DNA of 64,000 nt, taken from IMG/VR virus record IMGVR_UViG_3300050026_000481, positions 22,815-86,814 of that record. The stretch is one strand, 5' to 3'. The notes under the pieces were generated by a model. That model had not been told where the DNA came from, made no database searches, and saw only the letters and a list, made by a program, of their open reading frames with translations. This document shows positions 1 to 8,235 of this stretch, piece by piece (the first letter of the stretch is position 1; each line of letters opens with the position of its first letter). This DNA comes from a virus. The translations under genes were made by a program, and so were the position numbers.

Positions 1-2
1 AA

Positions 3-485
3 AAACGGAGCGAGCATTACGCGCAACACCGCGAAGCTATGCTAGAACGGCAAAAAAAGTATCAAAAGCGTCCAGAAGTGCGCGAACACAAGCTCAAGCG
101 TCAGCATATATATTATCAGGAGTATAAAAAGAGACCAAGTGTGCGAGAACAGAGGCGCGAATATTTACGAAAATACCGAGAAGAGCACCCTGAAAAGGGA
201 AAAATGGTACACCACAGGCGGCGCGCTCTTGAGAATGGCAACGGTGGCTCTTATACAGTTGAAGAACTAAACCAATTGTGGCACGAACAAAGAGGCTTTT
301 GCTATTACTGTGGTGAACTCCTCTATAAAACATTAAACAGTGTTTATCATATAGAGCATAAGACTCCACTATCACGCGGCGGCACAAACGATATTTCTAA
401 CATTGTATTAAGCTGCGCTGAGTGTAACTTGCGCAAAGGCACAAAGACGGATAAAGAATTTTTAATCGAAATAGGTAGGCTATAA
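3..485 (+). CDS. HNH endonuclease (5'-truncated by window edge)
   Basis: CYYCG...YHIEHKTPLSRGGTNDISNIVLSCAECN HNH/Zn motif; frame is open from position 3. Confidence 0.9.
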   Translation, partial: KRSEHYAQHREAMLERQKKYQKRPEVREHKLKRQHIYYQEYKKRPSVREQRREYLRKYREEHPEKGKMVHHRRRALENGNGGSYTVEELNQLWHEQRGFCYYCGELLYKTLNSVYHIEHKTPLSRGGTNDISNIVLSCAECNLRKGTKTDKEFLIEIGRL

Positions 486-589
486 GGATTGCCCGTGCTA
501 TTGCAAAGCAAAACCAACACACTTATAAACCCTAACTACGTTTAATTACTCTCCTTAAGCAATATTGTTATTATATCACAACGTAATAT

Positions 590-607
590 AGCATACCTTT
601 AAGTATC
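590..607 (+). promoter_or_regulatory. Archaeal-type TATA box upstream of parB
   Basis: CCTTTAAGTATC about 30 nt before GTG 631; the same 12-mer recurs at 27101-27112 upstream of another gene. Confidence 0.55.
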
Positions 608-630
608 TTTAGTAACCATATAGTAACTTA

Positions 631-1677
631 GTGTCTAATGAAACGGAAGGGAGAAAAATGACGCAACAATTAGAATTCGTAAGCAGCGTTGAGCTGCCGA
701 CGGAGTCAATAACCCCGTCAAAACTCAACCCGCGAACCGAGTTCGACCGGTCGGAACTCGAGAAATTCGCGCAGAATATAAAAGAACGCGGGATTATTCA
801 CCCTATCACTGTACGCCCCATCGGAGAAAACGACTACGAGATAGCCGACGGCGAACGGCGGTGGCTGGCGGCGAAACAGCTGGGGATGAAGCACGTACCG
901 GTTATTATCAGGGATTTAACCGACCAGGACGTCATCGAACTTAACCTCATCGAGAATATCCAACGGCGGGACCTCACGGATGTGGAAAAGGGTAGGGCAA
1001 TCAGGTCAATGCTTTTGGATGAGAAGTTTCAGTATAACACGCAAAAGGACTTAGCCAGGGCGATTGGCGTTTCGCCGGTGGAAGTAAACCGCTGGGTAGC
1101 CCTCGCAACGCGGCTGGACCCCATCGTCCAGGAGATGATTGCCCCGTCGGATATGAGCAAAGTAAAACCGGCAGGGACGATTGAAAGTAGGACGGGTACA
1201 ATCATAGCTTCGCATGTCAAGGAACCAGAGAGGCAAAGAGAGATAGCGCAGGCGATAGTGGACACCGGCTTACGCGGCCAGGAAGCGAGGAGTTTTGTCA
1301 GGAGGGCGGCAAGGCCTGAAGTGACTGTACAAGAAACAGTAGATGCGATTATTGAGAAGGTCAAGGAGCCGCGCGTGCAGATGGCTTTCAGTAAAAAGGA
1401 AAGGAACCAGATAGATGCATTGGCGAAGCGCACCGTCGTAATCCCACACATCAGGCCTGGACTTTCAGAGGGAGGCTTAATAGATATCTGTGTGCAGTCT
1501 GATAGTGTGAGAATCAGTGGGATTTATCCCAAGCAGTATGGCAGCCTCACGGATGATGATGCGATGCGAGACGGATTTAGTAATGTAGATGAATTTAGAA
1601 GCCACTTTGAAACTAAGTACGGCCCAATTGGCGATGATGAGCGGGTATTCGTAGTGCAGTTTACAACCGAGTTGTAA
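631..1677 (+). CDS. parB: ParB/Spo0J-family CTPase-HTH protein with C-terminal ASCH/PUA-like domain (start may be ATG 658)
   Basis: NPR..F, GIIHPITVRP, IADGERRW, LIENIQRRDL, HTH TQKDLARAIGVS; C-terminal LTDDDAMRDGF...YG...VFVVQF resembles ASCH. Confidence 0.88.
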   Translation: MSNETEGRKMTQQLEFVSSVELPTESITPSKLNPRTEFDRSELEKFAQNIKERGIIHPITVRPIGENDYEIADGERRWLAAKQLGMKHVPVIIRDLTDQDVIELNLIENIQRRDLTDVEKGRAIRSMLLDEKFQYNTQKDLARAIGVSPVEVNRWVALATRLDPIVQEMIAPSDMSKVKPAGTIESRTGTIIASHVKEPERQREIAQAIVDTGLRGQEARSFVRRAARPEVTVQETVDAIIEKVKEPRVQMAFSKKERNQIDALAKRTVVIPHIRPGLSEGGLIDICVQSDSVRISGIYPKQYGSLTDDDAMRDGFSNVDEFRSHFETKYGPIGDDERVFVVQFTTEL

Positions 1678-1682
1678 TTGCA

Positions 1683-2426
1683 CTATTTTCTTTTACTCAA
1701 CCACTCAAAATATTCTACATCAGTTTTTGCCCATTTTTGTTGATTGCAACTCAGATGAGCCAAACCAACATTAGACATATCATTGACCCCACCTCGCGAG
1801 ATTGGAATTTTGTGGTCTATTGTTGGGGGGTCGTCAAATCTTTTAAAAAAAGGTTTACCACACAAATAACATAAACCATCTTGGTGTTTGAATAATATTA
1901 TTTCGGCGTCGTGTGGTAACTTTCCGCCGTTTCCTTTTATGCGCGCCCTCCGGTTTTGTACTAATATCCTTACCTTCTCCGGATTGTTCCTACACCATCC
2001 ACGAGCGCGTTCACGCTCTTTTTCGGGATTCTTCCAATACTCTTCACGCTGGCGTTCAAGTATCTCTTCACGATTTTTCTTTTGCCATTTGCGGGTAAGT
2101 TCGCGCAGGTATTTACGGTTTCCTGCACGGTATATTGCTTGGCTGGCTCGAATCTTATCTCCATGTTTTTGCCGATATCTGCGTCCAATTTCGCGGCAAG
2201 TGTCACACGTTTTAAATCGTTCAGATTCATTAGGCCTACCACAGTTATTACAGTTTCCAAGTGTGTGCCTTCGCTCGTAGGTGCGTTCATCCTCTTTCTT
2301 TAAGTATGCCACTCGGTTCTTTTTGTACCATGCTCGTCGCTTTGCGCGGCACAAACTACATTTTTTAAAGCCGTCAGCTTCAAATTCTTTACGGCATTTA
2401 GTACAAACAGAGATATTGATAGACAT
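1683..2426 (-). CDS. HNH endonuclease with two N-terminal C4 zinc fingers
   Basis: CYLCG...TIDHKIPISRGGVNDMSNVGLAHLSCN; BRE-TATA (CGAAAGCTATATTAA on minus strand, ~2452-2466) just upstream. Confidence 0.9.
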   Translation of the reverse strand: MSINISVCTKCRKEFEADGFKKCSLCRAKRRAWYKKNRVAYLKKEDERTYERRHTLGNCNNCGRPNESERFKTCDTCREIGRRYRQKHGDKIRASQAIYRAGNRKYLRELTRKWQKKNREEILERQREEYWKNPEKERERARGWCRNNPEKVRILVQNRRARIKGNGGKLPHDAEIILFKHQDGLCYLCGKPFFKRFDDPPTIDHKIPISRGGVNDMSNVGLAHLSCNQQKWAKTDVEYFEWLSKRK

Positions 2427-2499
2427 CTAAGTTACAGATGGTTGCAAAAGTTAATATAGCTTTCGGAAGGAAGAAGAAAGTAATAAAATTAAGCAAAAA

Positions 2500-2514
2500 A
2501 TAGACAGTGGTTAA
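2500..2514. promoter_or_regulatory. 15-bp quasi-palindromic site
   Basis: ATAGACA-G-TGGTTAA; member of a dispersed motif family (see findings). Confidence 0.55.
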
Positions 2515-2891
2515 TCCCTAGCCGCCGCCTCTTTTTCCTTACTCTCTTTTTCCTTAGCGCGGACAATGTCCAGTAGGTCATAGAAGACCAATCTTTTAAT
2601 CATAATCTCTTCCAACAAATCCTGCTTCAGCGCACTATCGTTGACCTTAGTCGCGTAACCCTCGGCCGACTGAATCGCCTCAAGCAAGTGCTCCACTTCT
2701 GAGCGCTGGTGGTTGTCGTGTGGGGTATATTCGATAGGGTCGTATCTGGAAGGTACGTACACCCTACCTAATTTCTCGAGTGACCTATCAATTTTCTTTA
2801 AGCAGATAACACATCTCGTATGTGCAAGCTGGTCCGCTGGGTCGAGAATGATTATATCGAAGTCGGGTGTCATAGTGTGTAACACTAGCAT
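2511..2891 (-). CDS. hypothetical protein
   Basis: 126-aa ORF, divergent from the + strand operon, AT-rich promoter-like region upstream. Confidence 0.6.
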   Translation of the reverse strand: MLVLHTMTPDFDIIILDPADQLAHTRCVICLKKIDRSLEKLGRVYVPSRYDPIEYTPHDNHQRSEVEHLLEAIQSAEGYATKVNDSALKQDLLEEIMIKRLVFYDLLDIVRAKEKESKEKEAAARD

Positions 2892-3003
2892 AGTGCGTTG
2901 CGATTAGTTATAAGCTTTGCGTTTTGTGCAGGGTTTTGATATCGCTTTCACAGTTTCACGTTTCAAACGTAACTATTTATAATATTAAAGACATTAGTTG
3001 AGT

Positions 3004-3138
3004 ATGCAAAAAACAACAATAACCGTGACAGAGGAAACACATGCGCGGTTAAAACGGAACGGTAAGTTTGGAGAGTCGTTTGACAACCTTGTCAATCGTT
3101 TGCTTGACTGTATTGAAGGGGTGAATAAAAATGACTGA
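3004..3138 (+). CDS. small ribbon-helix-helix / antitoxin-like DNA-binding protein
   Basis: MQKTTITVTEETHARLKRNGKFGESFDNLVNRLLD (44 aa, below ORF-track cut-off); TATA at ~2975, leaderless start. Confidence 0.75.
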   Translation: MQKTTITVTEETHARLKRNGKFGESFDNLVNRLLDCIEGVNKND

Positions 3139-3265
3139 AGAATTTATAGACCCTGAACTCTTTAAAACTGAAAGCTCTAACATGCTTCAGTTTAGGATGC
3201 TAATAAATAAACTAAATAGGATTATTGAACTGTTAGAGAAGATAGAAGAAAAATGAGGTAAAGAA

Positions 3266-3648
3266 ATGAGTCTACGATGCTTGGTGGGAGCCCACAAGTT
3301 TAAAAACTACTATAGATTTCCTGGTTATTGGGTGATAAGATGTATGCGATGCGGACGGTTTGATACCGTGTTTGGTGGAAGAGGGTGGTGGGGTGACACT
3401 GGAGAAGCATACGATTATTGGAAAGATAAACCAGTTAGGAATTATGAAAAAAAGGGGGTTAAAAAATGACCTGGGAACTAGTTTGTGTTAAGTGTAAGAA
3501 AGACAAGTGTTTAGTAACTGTCAATTTTGAAAAGGACGACCAGTATTCAGTACAAAGTCCGAAAGCACTCGCAAAAGAGCTGATGAGATGGTTAAAAGGA
3601 GAAACTATAGGACACAGCAATAACACAACCCCGCGCCGTTTTCGGTAA
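3266..3648 (+). CDS. two small Cys-containing hypothetical proteins (3266-3469, 3466-3648)
   Basis: RBS GAGG, ATGA overlap, CxxC motifs. Confidence 0.6.
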
Positions 3649-3679
3649 ACTTATATATCATTGTGGCCATATCTAAAGG

Positions 3680-3758
3680 TAGCGACAAACAACATGGCGT
3701 GGGGTCTTCATGATTCATGATATACACCTCCACCCCACGCTCCCTCCGATTCTTTTTT
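3680..3758 (+). ncRNA. candidate small RNA or leader hairpin with anti-Shine-Dalgarno loop
   Basis: TATA TTATATAT at 3651; stem GCGTGGGGT(3697-3705)/ACCCCACGC(3732-3740); loop ends CAT-gatata-CACCTCC; T-tract 3753-3758. Confidence 0.4.
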
Positions 3759-3797
3759 GCTGAGGTGAATCCTAAGACCACAAATGAGGAATAAAAA

Positions 3798-4241
3798 ATG
3801 CCAAAACCACGATTTATGACACCAGAAGATGTTAGATTAGATGATGCTAAACCAGAACTCGAAGGAAATGAATTCCAGCACGAGTCGTTTCAACTAGAGC
3901 GGCCCGCACACGTGCCTAGACTTTCCGAGGGTACGCACGACGCCGAAATCCTAAAAATGCACCGCACGAGAGAACCTTCTTTTGATGACCCCAGTGTAAT
4001 GGAGGACAAAATAGTCGTTCTGTTTAGTACTAACGAAGGCACAATCCAGCGCACTATGAATGAAAAATACCACGAAAAGAGCGTACTGGGGCAGCTCCTT
4101 ACCGCGGCGCTTGGCGAGATACCGGCATCGATTAGCAGCGATGACCTCGTAGGGAAAAAGCTGAGGATTACTATTATTCACAAGGAAAAGGGCGCGGACA
4201 TTTGGGAGAATGTGTCTGCATTTAAGAAGCCCAGAAGTTAA
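3798..4241 (+). CDS. putative OB-fold single-stranded DNA-binding protein (DUF669-like)
   Basis: LSEGTHDAEI...KSVLGQLLTAALG...DDLVGKKLRITIIH pattern of phage SSB-like proteins. Confidence 0.55.
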   Translation: MPKPRFMTPEDVRLDDAKPELEGNEFQHESFQLERPAHVPRLSEGTHDAEILKMHRTREPSFDDPSVMEDKIVVLFSTNEGTIQRTMNEKYHEKSVLGQLLTAALGEIPASISSDDLVGKKLRITIIHKEKGADIWENVSAFKKPRS

Positions 4242-4252
4242 CCAGTGTCAAT
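4238..4252. promoter_or_regulatory. 15-bp quasi-palindromic site
   Basis: TTAACCA-G-TGTCAAT; 14 bp identical to the copies at 14329-14342 (reverse) and 27060-27073. Confidence 0.65.
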
Positions 4253-4321
4253 CTATCACGATTTAACACAAACGCGACGCAAACACAAGCCTTAAGCTAA
4301 CGTAAACAAACCGTACAAACC

Positions 4322-4546
4322 ATGAATCAAGGGGAACACGAGCTGCTGCGACAGGCAGTAGCGGAAAATATAAAGATGCGCGAACGGTATGAGAATGTAC
4401 TCAACGAACTCGATAACCTCTGGACATCCCTTAGGGAGCTCCAGGACTCACATGATGATTTCTACGAGAAAGCAACGTCATTCCGCGCCGACGCGCTGAA
4501 GTGGCGCACATGCACGGTTAGGGAAATAGAACAAAAAATAAAGTAA
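4322..4546 (+). CDS. small coiled-coil hypothetical protein
   Basis: 74-aa ORF with heptad pattern. Confidence 0.6.
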   Translation: MNQGEHELLRQAVAENIKMRERYENVLNELDNLWTSLRELQDSHDDFYEKATSFRADALKWRTCTVREIEQKIK

Positions 4547-4600
4547 AAGTTACGTGGCGGCGGCATCGCAGGAGCACCGACTGCCGCGGCCGTGACACAT

Positions 4601-4630
4601 TGGGTGGTTAAGTCCACCCATATTTTTTAT
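4601..4630 (+). terminator. hairpin plus T-tract
   Basis: TGGGTGG-ttaagt-CCACCCA followed by TATTTTTT. Confidence 0.6.
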
Positions 4631-4642
4631 TATAGAGGGAAA

Positions 4643-5425
4643 ATGAGCAATAATATCTATCTTGTGTCTGGCGGCAAGGATTCAACAGCTATGCTTATCA
4701 ATGCCCTTGAAAACGGCGACCAAGTAGATTCAGCTCTCTTCTTAGATACCACTCTTGAGTTTCCAGAACTTTACACTTATCTCGATAAACTCGACGCATA
4801 TATCGCCGACTACGGCATACAAATCGAACGACGCGTCACATCATCAACGCCGTTCGAGGAACGGTTCTACCGCGTCCGCGAGAGGGGGCAATTAAAGGGG
4901 ACGGTCTTAGGCTTCCCGTACGCGGCATTCCCACGCAACTGCTGGATACGCAGGGAATTTAAGGCGTTCCCTAAGCCTGGAGAAAACGATTGTCACATGA
5001 TTGGCATCGCCTATGACGAACGCCACCGCACCAATAGGAAGATGTACTCCGAGGAAGTTGAATGTGTAGGCTGCGCGCCGTTTGCCGACCATTGTAACAC
5101 ACTTGCGCTTCAAGTATCAAAATATTACAAATTCCCTTTAATCACATGGAAATGGACCGAGGCCGATTGCATCAATTTTTTAGAAGAACGTAACATGCTG
5201 AACCCACTTTATGACCGATTTAAGCGTATAGGTTGTTGGCTGTGTGTATATCAGCGGAAAGACTCGCTGTACAATCTTTATACATATTATCCAGAACTAT
5301 GGGGTCAACTATTGAAGTATGAGCAGGATAGCCCCCACGGGTTCAAACCAATGATGACGTTGACAGAGTGGCAGAATGAATTTGACAAGCGGAACGCGAC
5401 TAAACAGTTGACGCTAGAAGCATGA
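4643..5425 (+). CDS. PAPS-reductase family (PP-loop adenine nucleotide alpha-hydrolase) protein
   Basis: SGGKDS PP-loop, DTTLEFPE, IGIAYDE..R, FPL..W, RIGCWLC. Confidence 0.85.
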   Translation: MSNNIYLVSGGKDSTAMLINALENGDQVDSALFLDTTLEFPELYTYLDKLDAYIADYGIQIERRVTSSTPFEERFYRVRERGQLKGTVLGFPYAAFPRNCWIRREFKAFPKPGENDCHMIGIAYDERHRTNRKMYSEEVECVGCAPFADHCNTLALQVSKYYKFPLITWKWTEADCINFLEERNMLNPLYDRFKRIGCWLCVYQRKDSLYNLYTYYPELWGQLLKYEQDSPHGFKPMMTLTEWQNEFDKRNATKQLTLEA

Positions 5426-5431
5426 GGAACC

Positions 5432-5824
5432 GTGACTGAGGAAGCATCAGAACGTAGGAAGTATTGTAACTGCGGCTCGAAACTTGATTACACAGCCACC
5501 GACGGTAAAGTCCATTTAGCCTGTAGTAACTGTGAACGGACATACCCATTGGACGGCCAAATAAACACTGGTCAAGATATTACTCTTGATGATACTGATT
5601 ATAGAATTCTTAAACATATAGCATTCGTAGCCTACGCTAGTCCTATGGAGCTAGCCTTGTGCGGCAAGTCATATGCTACGATAATTAGACGGGTAAGGCG
5701 GCTGGCAAAGGCTGGCTATTTGCATTTACACAAGAAGAACCTCCACCGATTATTTTTATACCGCACCGAGCGGCTGGAAGAGCTGGCGGCAGAGAAAGAG
5801 TGGTGTGGGTTGAAGAAGAAGTGA
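5432..5824 (+). CDS. Zn-ribbon plus winged-helix putative transcription regulator
   Basis: CxC...CxxC, then LDDTDYRIL...SYATIIRRVRRLAKAGYL (Lrp/ArsR-like wHTH). Confidence 0.7.
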   Translation: MTEEASERRKYCNCGSKLDYTATDGKVHLACSNCERTYPLDGQINTGQDITLDDTDYRILKHIAFVAYASPMELALCGKSYATIIRRVRRLAKAGYLHLHKKNLHRLFLYRTERLEELAAEKEWCGLKKK

Positions 5825-5838
5825 GAAACGGTGAGTGA

Positions 5839-6369
5839 ATGAAGTATCCCAGCTTTGGTGATGACCTAGCATTCAGCCAGGAACCTAATTATCTGCAGCG
5901 CATGGAGGAATTTTATCATATCTTTTTTGCACCACTCGGCAAGGTCACTACGAAACGTATAACAGAAATTGACGAAAATAAAAAAGGGTACGACATTCTT
6001 ATCATAATCGATGATGGCGAACAGTATATCAAAGTAGAAGAAAAAGCCGACCGTTATCCTTCAAAAAATATTGTGCTCGAGCTGTGGAGTGACCTAAACC
6101 ATAAAGTCGGCTGGCTGTATTCCGCTCGATGTGATTGGCTTGCGTATCACTATGTAAGTACGGGGCTCACCCAGATGCTGCCGATGCCCGCGCTAAAACT
6201 TGCGTTTAAAGATAATGAGATGGAGTGGCGAGATACATACCGCGTACTCACAAAAGAGAACAGAGGTTGGACCACCCAGTTTATGCTAGTACCCTTAGAT
6301 GTTTTATGGGACGCCATCAGAGGCGTTCTTGTTCACGACCACGGGATTAATCACGGCGAGAGGTGGTAA
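5839..6369 (+). CDS. PD-(D/E)XK nuclease-like protein
   Basis: GYD...VEEKADR...NIVLELWS...GWL...CDWLAY. Confidence 0.6.
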   Translation: MKYPSFGDDLAFSQEPNYLQRMEEFYHIFFAPLGKVTTKRITEIDENKKGYDILIIIDDGEQYIKVEEKADRYPSKNIVLELWSDLNHKVGWLYSARCDWLAYHYVSTGLTQMLPMPALKLAFKDNEMEWRDTYRVLTKENRGWTTQFMLVPLDVLWDAIRGVLVHDHGINHGERW

Positions 6370-6767
6370 ACACGGAAGTAACTGCACCAAATAGTGTAAA
6401 GATAGAAGCGCCAGATGAGCAAATCTATGAATTAATAAAACTAATCCGACAAAAATACGATAACTCTTGCCACTTCCTGCGCGGCCCTTTGTGGCGCACG
6501 GGGAAACTGACGTATAATGAGAAGCTAATCAATGTGCAGTTCCATCTGGTGAATCACCACATTTACGAAGTTCAGAAAAACGACGACATCAAATTGGTGA
6601 AGACGTACTGGAGGGTCAGTGGAAGAGGTAATGTAAATCCTATCACTAGAGCCGAAGCTATTGAGATTATCGACAAACGAACGGATTATGTCGAGGACTC
6701 CGATTTAGGGGAAGTACCTGCTGATGATAGCGGCGCGATTCCATATAACCCTAGTTGCGACTGGTGA
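6363..6767 (+). CDS. hypothetical protein
   Basis: 134-aa ORF overlapping the upstream stop. Confidence 0.6.
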   Translation: MVNTEVTAPNSVKIEAPDEQIYELIKLIRQKYDNSCHFLRGPLWRTGKLTYNEKLINVQFHLVNHHIYEVQKNDDIKLVKTYWRVSGRGNVNPITRAEAIEIIDKRTDYVEDSDLGEVPADDSGAIPYNPSCDW

Positions 6768-6922
6768 GCCATGAAGCGGAATAAACAAAACCAATCGCGC
6801 ACCATACTCTGCGGCTGCCGGCAGTCACAGAACTATAATTTTCCTTGTACCCACGGCTTCACCGCCGAGCACAGGCGGCAGGGGTTGATGGCTCACTGTA
6901 AACGCTGCGTGGGTGGTGAACG

Positions 6923-7663
6923 GTGAAATTAACGCGCTCATATCGCAAAGGCATTGGCCGAGTATATATTGACGAGGATAAGCGAGAGTATCCATCTGTA
7001 ACCACCATATTAAACGGCACACTTGCCAAAGGAATCTGGCTAGGCAAATGGCAGGACAGAATGCGCCGCGAGCAGTTCCACGCCCGTGTAGAAGTAGAAT
7101 CCTTAAAAGGCTTAACCACCGAAAATGTTTACGATTGCTTCGATGATGCCCTCGCGCATCCGAATAATTATAGAGACGCGGCAGGGGATGTCGGCACCTT
7201 TTACCACAAGGCCATCGAGGCGCATTTGACTGATAACGATACAACGGAGTTCCTGATAAAGAACCCCAACGTGGAAGGTGTTTTAAGTAGTTTATATGAG
7301 TGGGAATGTGCGACAAAACTTACCCCTATTCATGTAGAACAATATATCGCAAGCCCGCGGTACGGATACGGTGGAACGATAGACTTGGTTGGCACGCAGG
7401 ACAAAACCCTCGCGCTTTTCGATTTCAAAACCGGCAGCCTACAGGATGACGCCCTGCTGCAGCTCGCAGCATACTCGATGGCGTATCAGGAAATCTACGG
7501 TAGGCGGCCAGATAAAACGGCATTCATTAAGGTAGATGTAGCTAAGGGCACTATAAAAGAAGCACCGCCGCTATCATACCATGAAATCTCACAATACTTT
7601 GATTTGTTCCTTTCAGCTTTTAAGCTGTGGAAATGGAGACAACTAAAACAATTCGGAGGTTAA
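6923..7663 (+). CDS. PD-(D/E)XK (RecB/Cas4-like) exonuclease
   Basis: YPSVTTIL, GTFYHKAIE, YGGTIDL...FDFKTG, QLAAY. Confidence 0.85.
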   Translation: MKLTRSYRKGIGRVYIDEDKREYPSVTTILNGTLAKGIWLGKWQDRMRREQFHARVEVESLKGLTTENVYDCFDDALAHPNNYRDAAGDVGTFYHKAIEAHLTDNDTTEFLIKNPNVEGVLSSLYEWECATKLTPIHVEQYIASPRYGYGGTIDLVGTQDKTLALFDFKTGSLQDDALLQLAAYSMAYQEIYGRRPDKTAFIKVDVAKGTIKEAPPLSYHEISQYFDLFLSAFKLWKWRQLKQFGG

Positions 7664-7665
7664 AG

Positions 7666-7857
7666 GTGAAGTATAAAATCTTAATTGGAATCCTAATCGC
7701 GGCATTGATTTTAACAGCAATTCCCACTGCCGCCGCACCGAACGAAACCTGCGTAGCTACAGTTTGCGCGCAGTGTACGAGCTGCGCGAGCAGCCACCCA
7801 TCGGAATGCTCTGCAGGTAGTTGCCCAGCGCACGGGTTGATTGCTAATGCCACCTGA
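7666..7857 (+). CDS. small secreted Cys-rich protein
   Basis: GGAGG then GTG 7666; signal-peptide-like MKYKILIGILIAALILTAIPTAAA followed by a 6-Cys mature part. Confidence 0.6.
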   Translation: MKYKILIGILIAALILTAIPTAAAPNETCVATVCAQCTSCASSHPSECSAGSCPAHGLIANAT

Positions 7858-8001
7858 AAGTGACTTGTTGGAACCAATAATACTATTCGTGGTCCTACTC
7901 GCCGCCTTCAGCGCGGCAAGGATACTCTGGGCTTGGTGGGATTCTCGCAATCTGCGCAAGGCAGAGGAACTCAACGGTATGCGCTGGAGGTGGATGCGGT
8001 A

Positions 8002-8235
8002 ATGAATCTTGAAAATCCTGAGATGGAATCACTCAAAGAGGAGAATCAACAATTAAAGAGGGATATCGAATATTTAGCCTCAGAGCGTGCCAATGAGAAA
8101 CGGCGCGCAGAGAAGTTGGAAGAGCAGATGAAAACAATGCGCATGCTCTACGAGGCCGAAGCCAGCGAAGCGGATGACCTTGCTCATGAGGTATCACGAC
8201 TTAACAAGGTTCTCAAGGAGAAGAATGGTAAATAA
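8002..8235 (+). CDS. coiled-coil hypothetical protein
   Basis: GGAGGTG RBS, E/K-rich heptads. Confidence 0.6.
   Translation: MNLENPEMESLKEENQQLKRDIEYLASERANEKRRAEKLEEQMKTMRMLYEAEASEADDLAHEVSRLNKVLKEKNGK

Noticed and set aside
2945-2970. GTTTCACGTTTCAAAC similar to bacterial parS
   Set aside because: Only a half-site match, single copy, not palindromic.
6923-7663. Cas4 as part of a CRISPR system
   Set aside because: Lacks the Fe-S cysteines and any cas neighbours; typical viral exonuclease.
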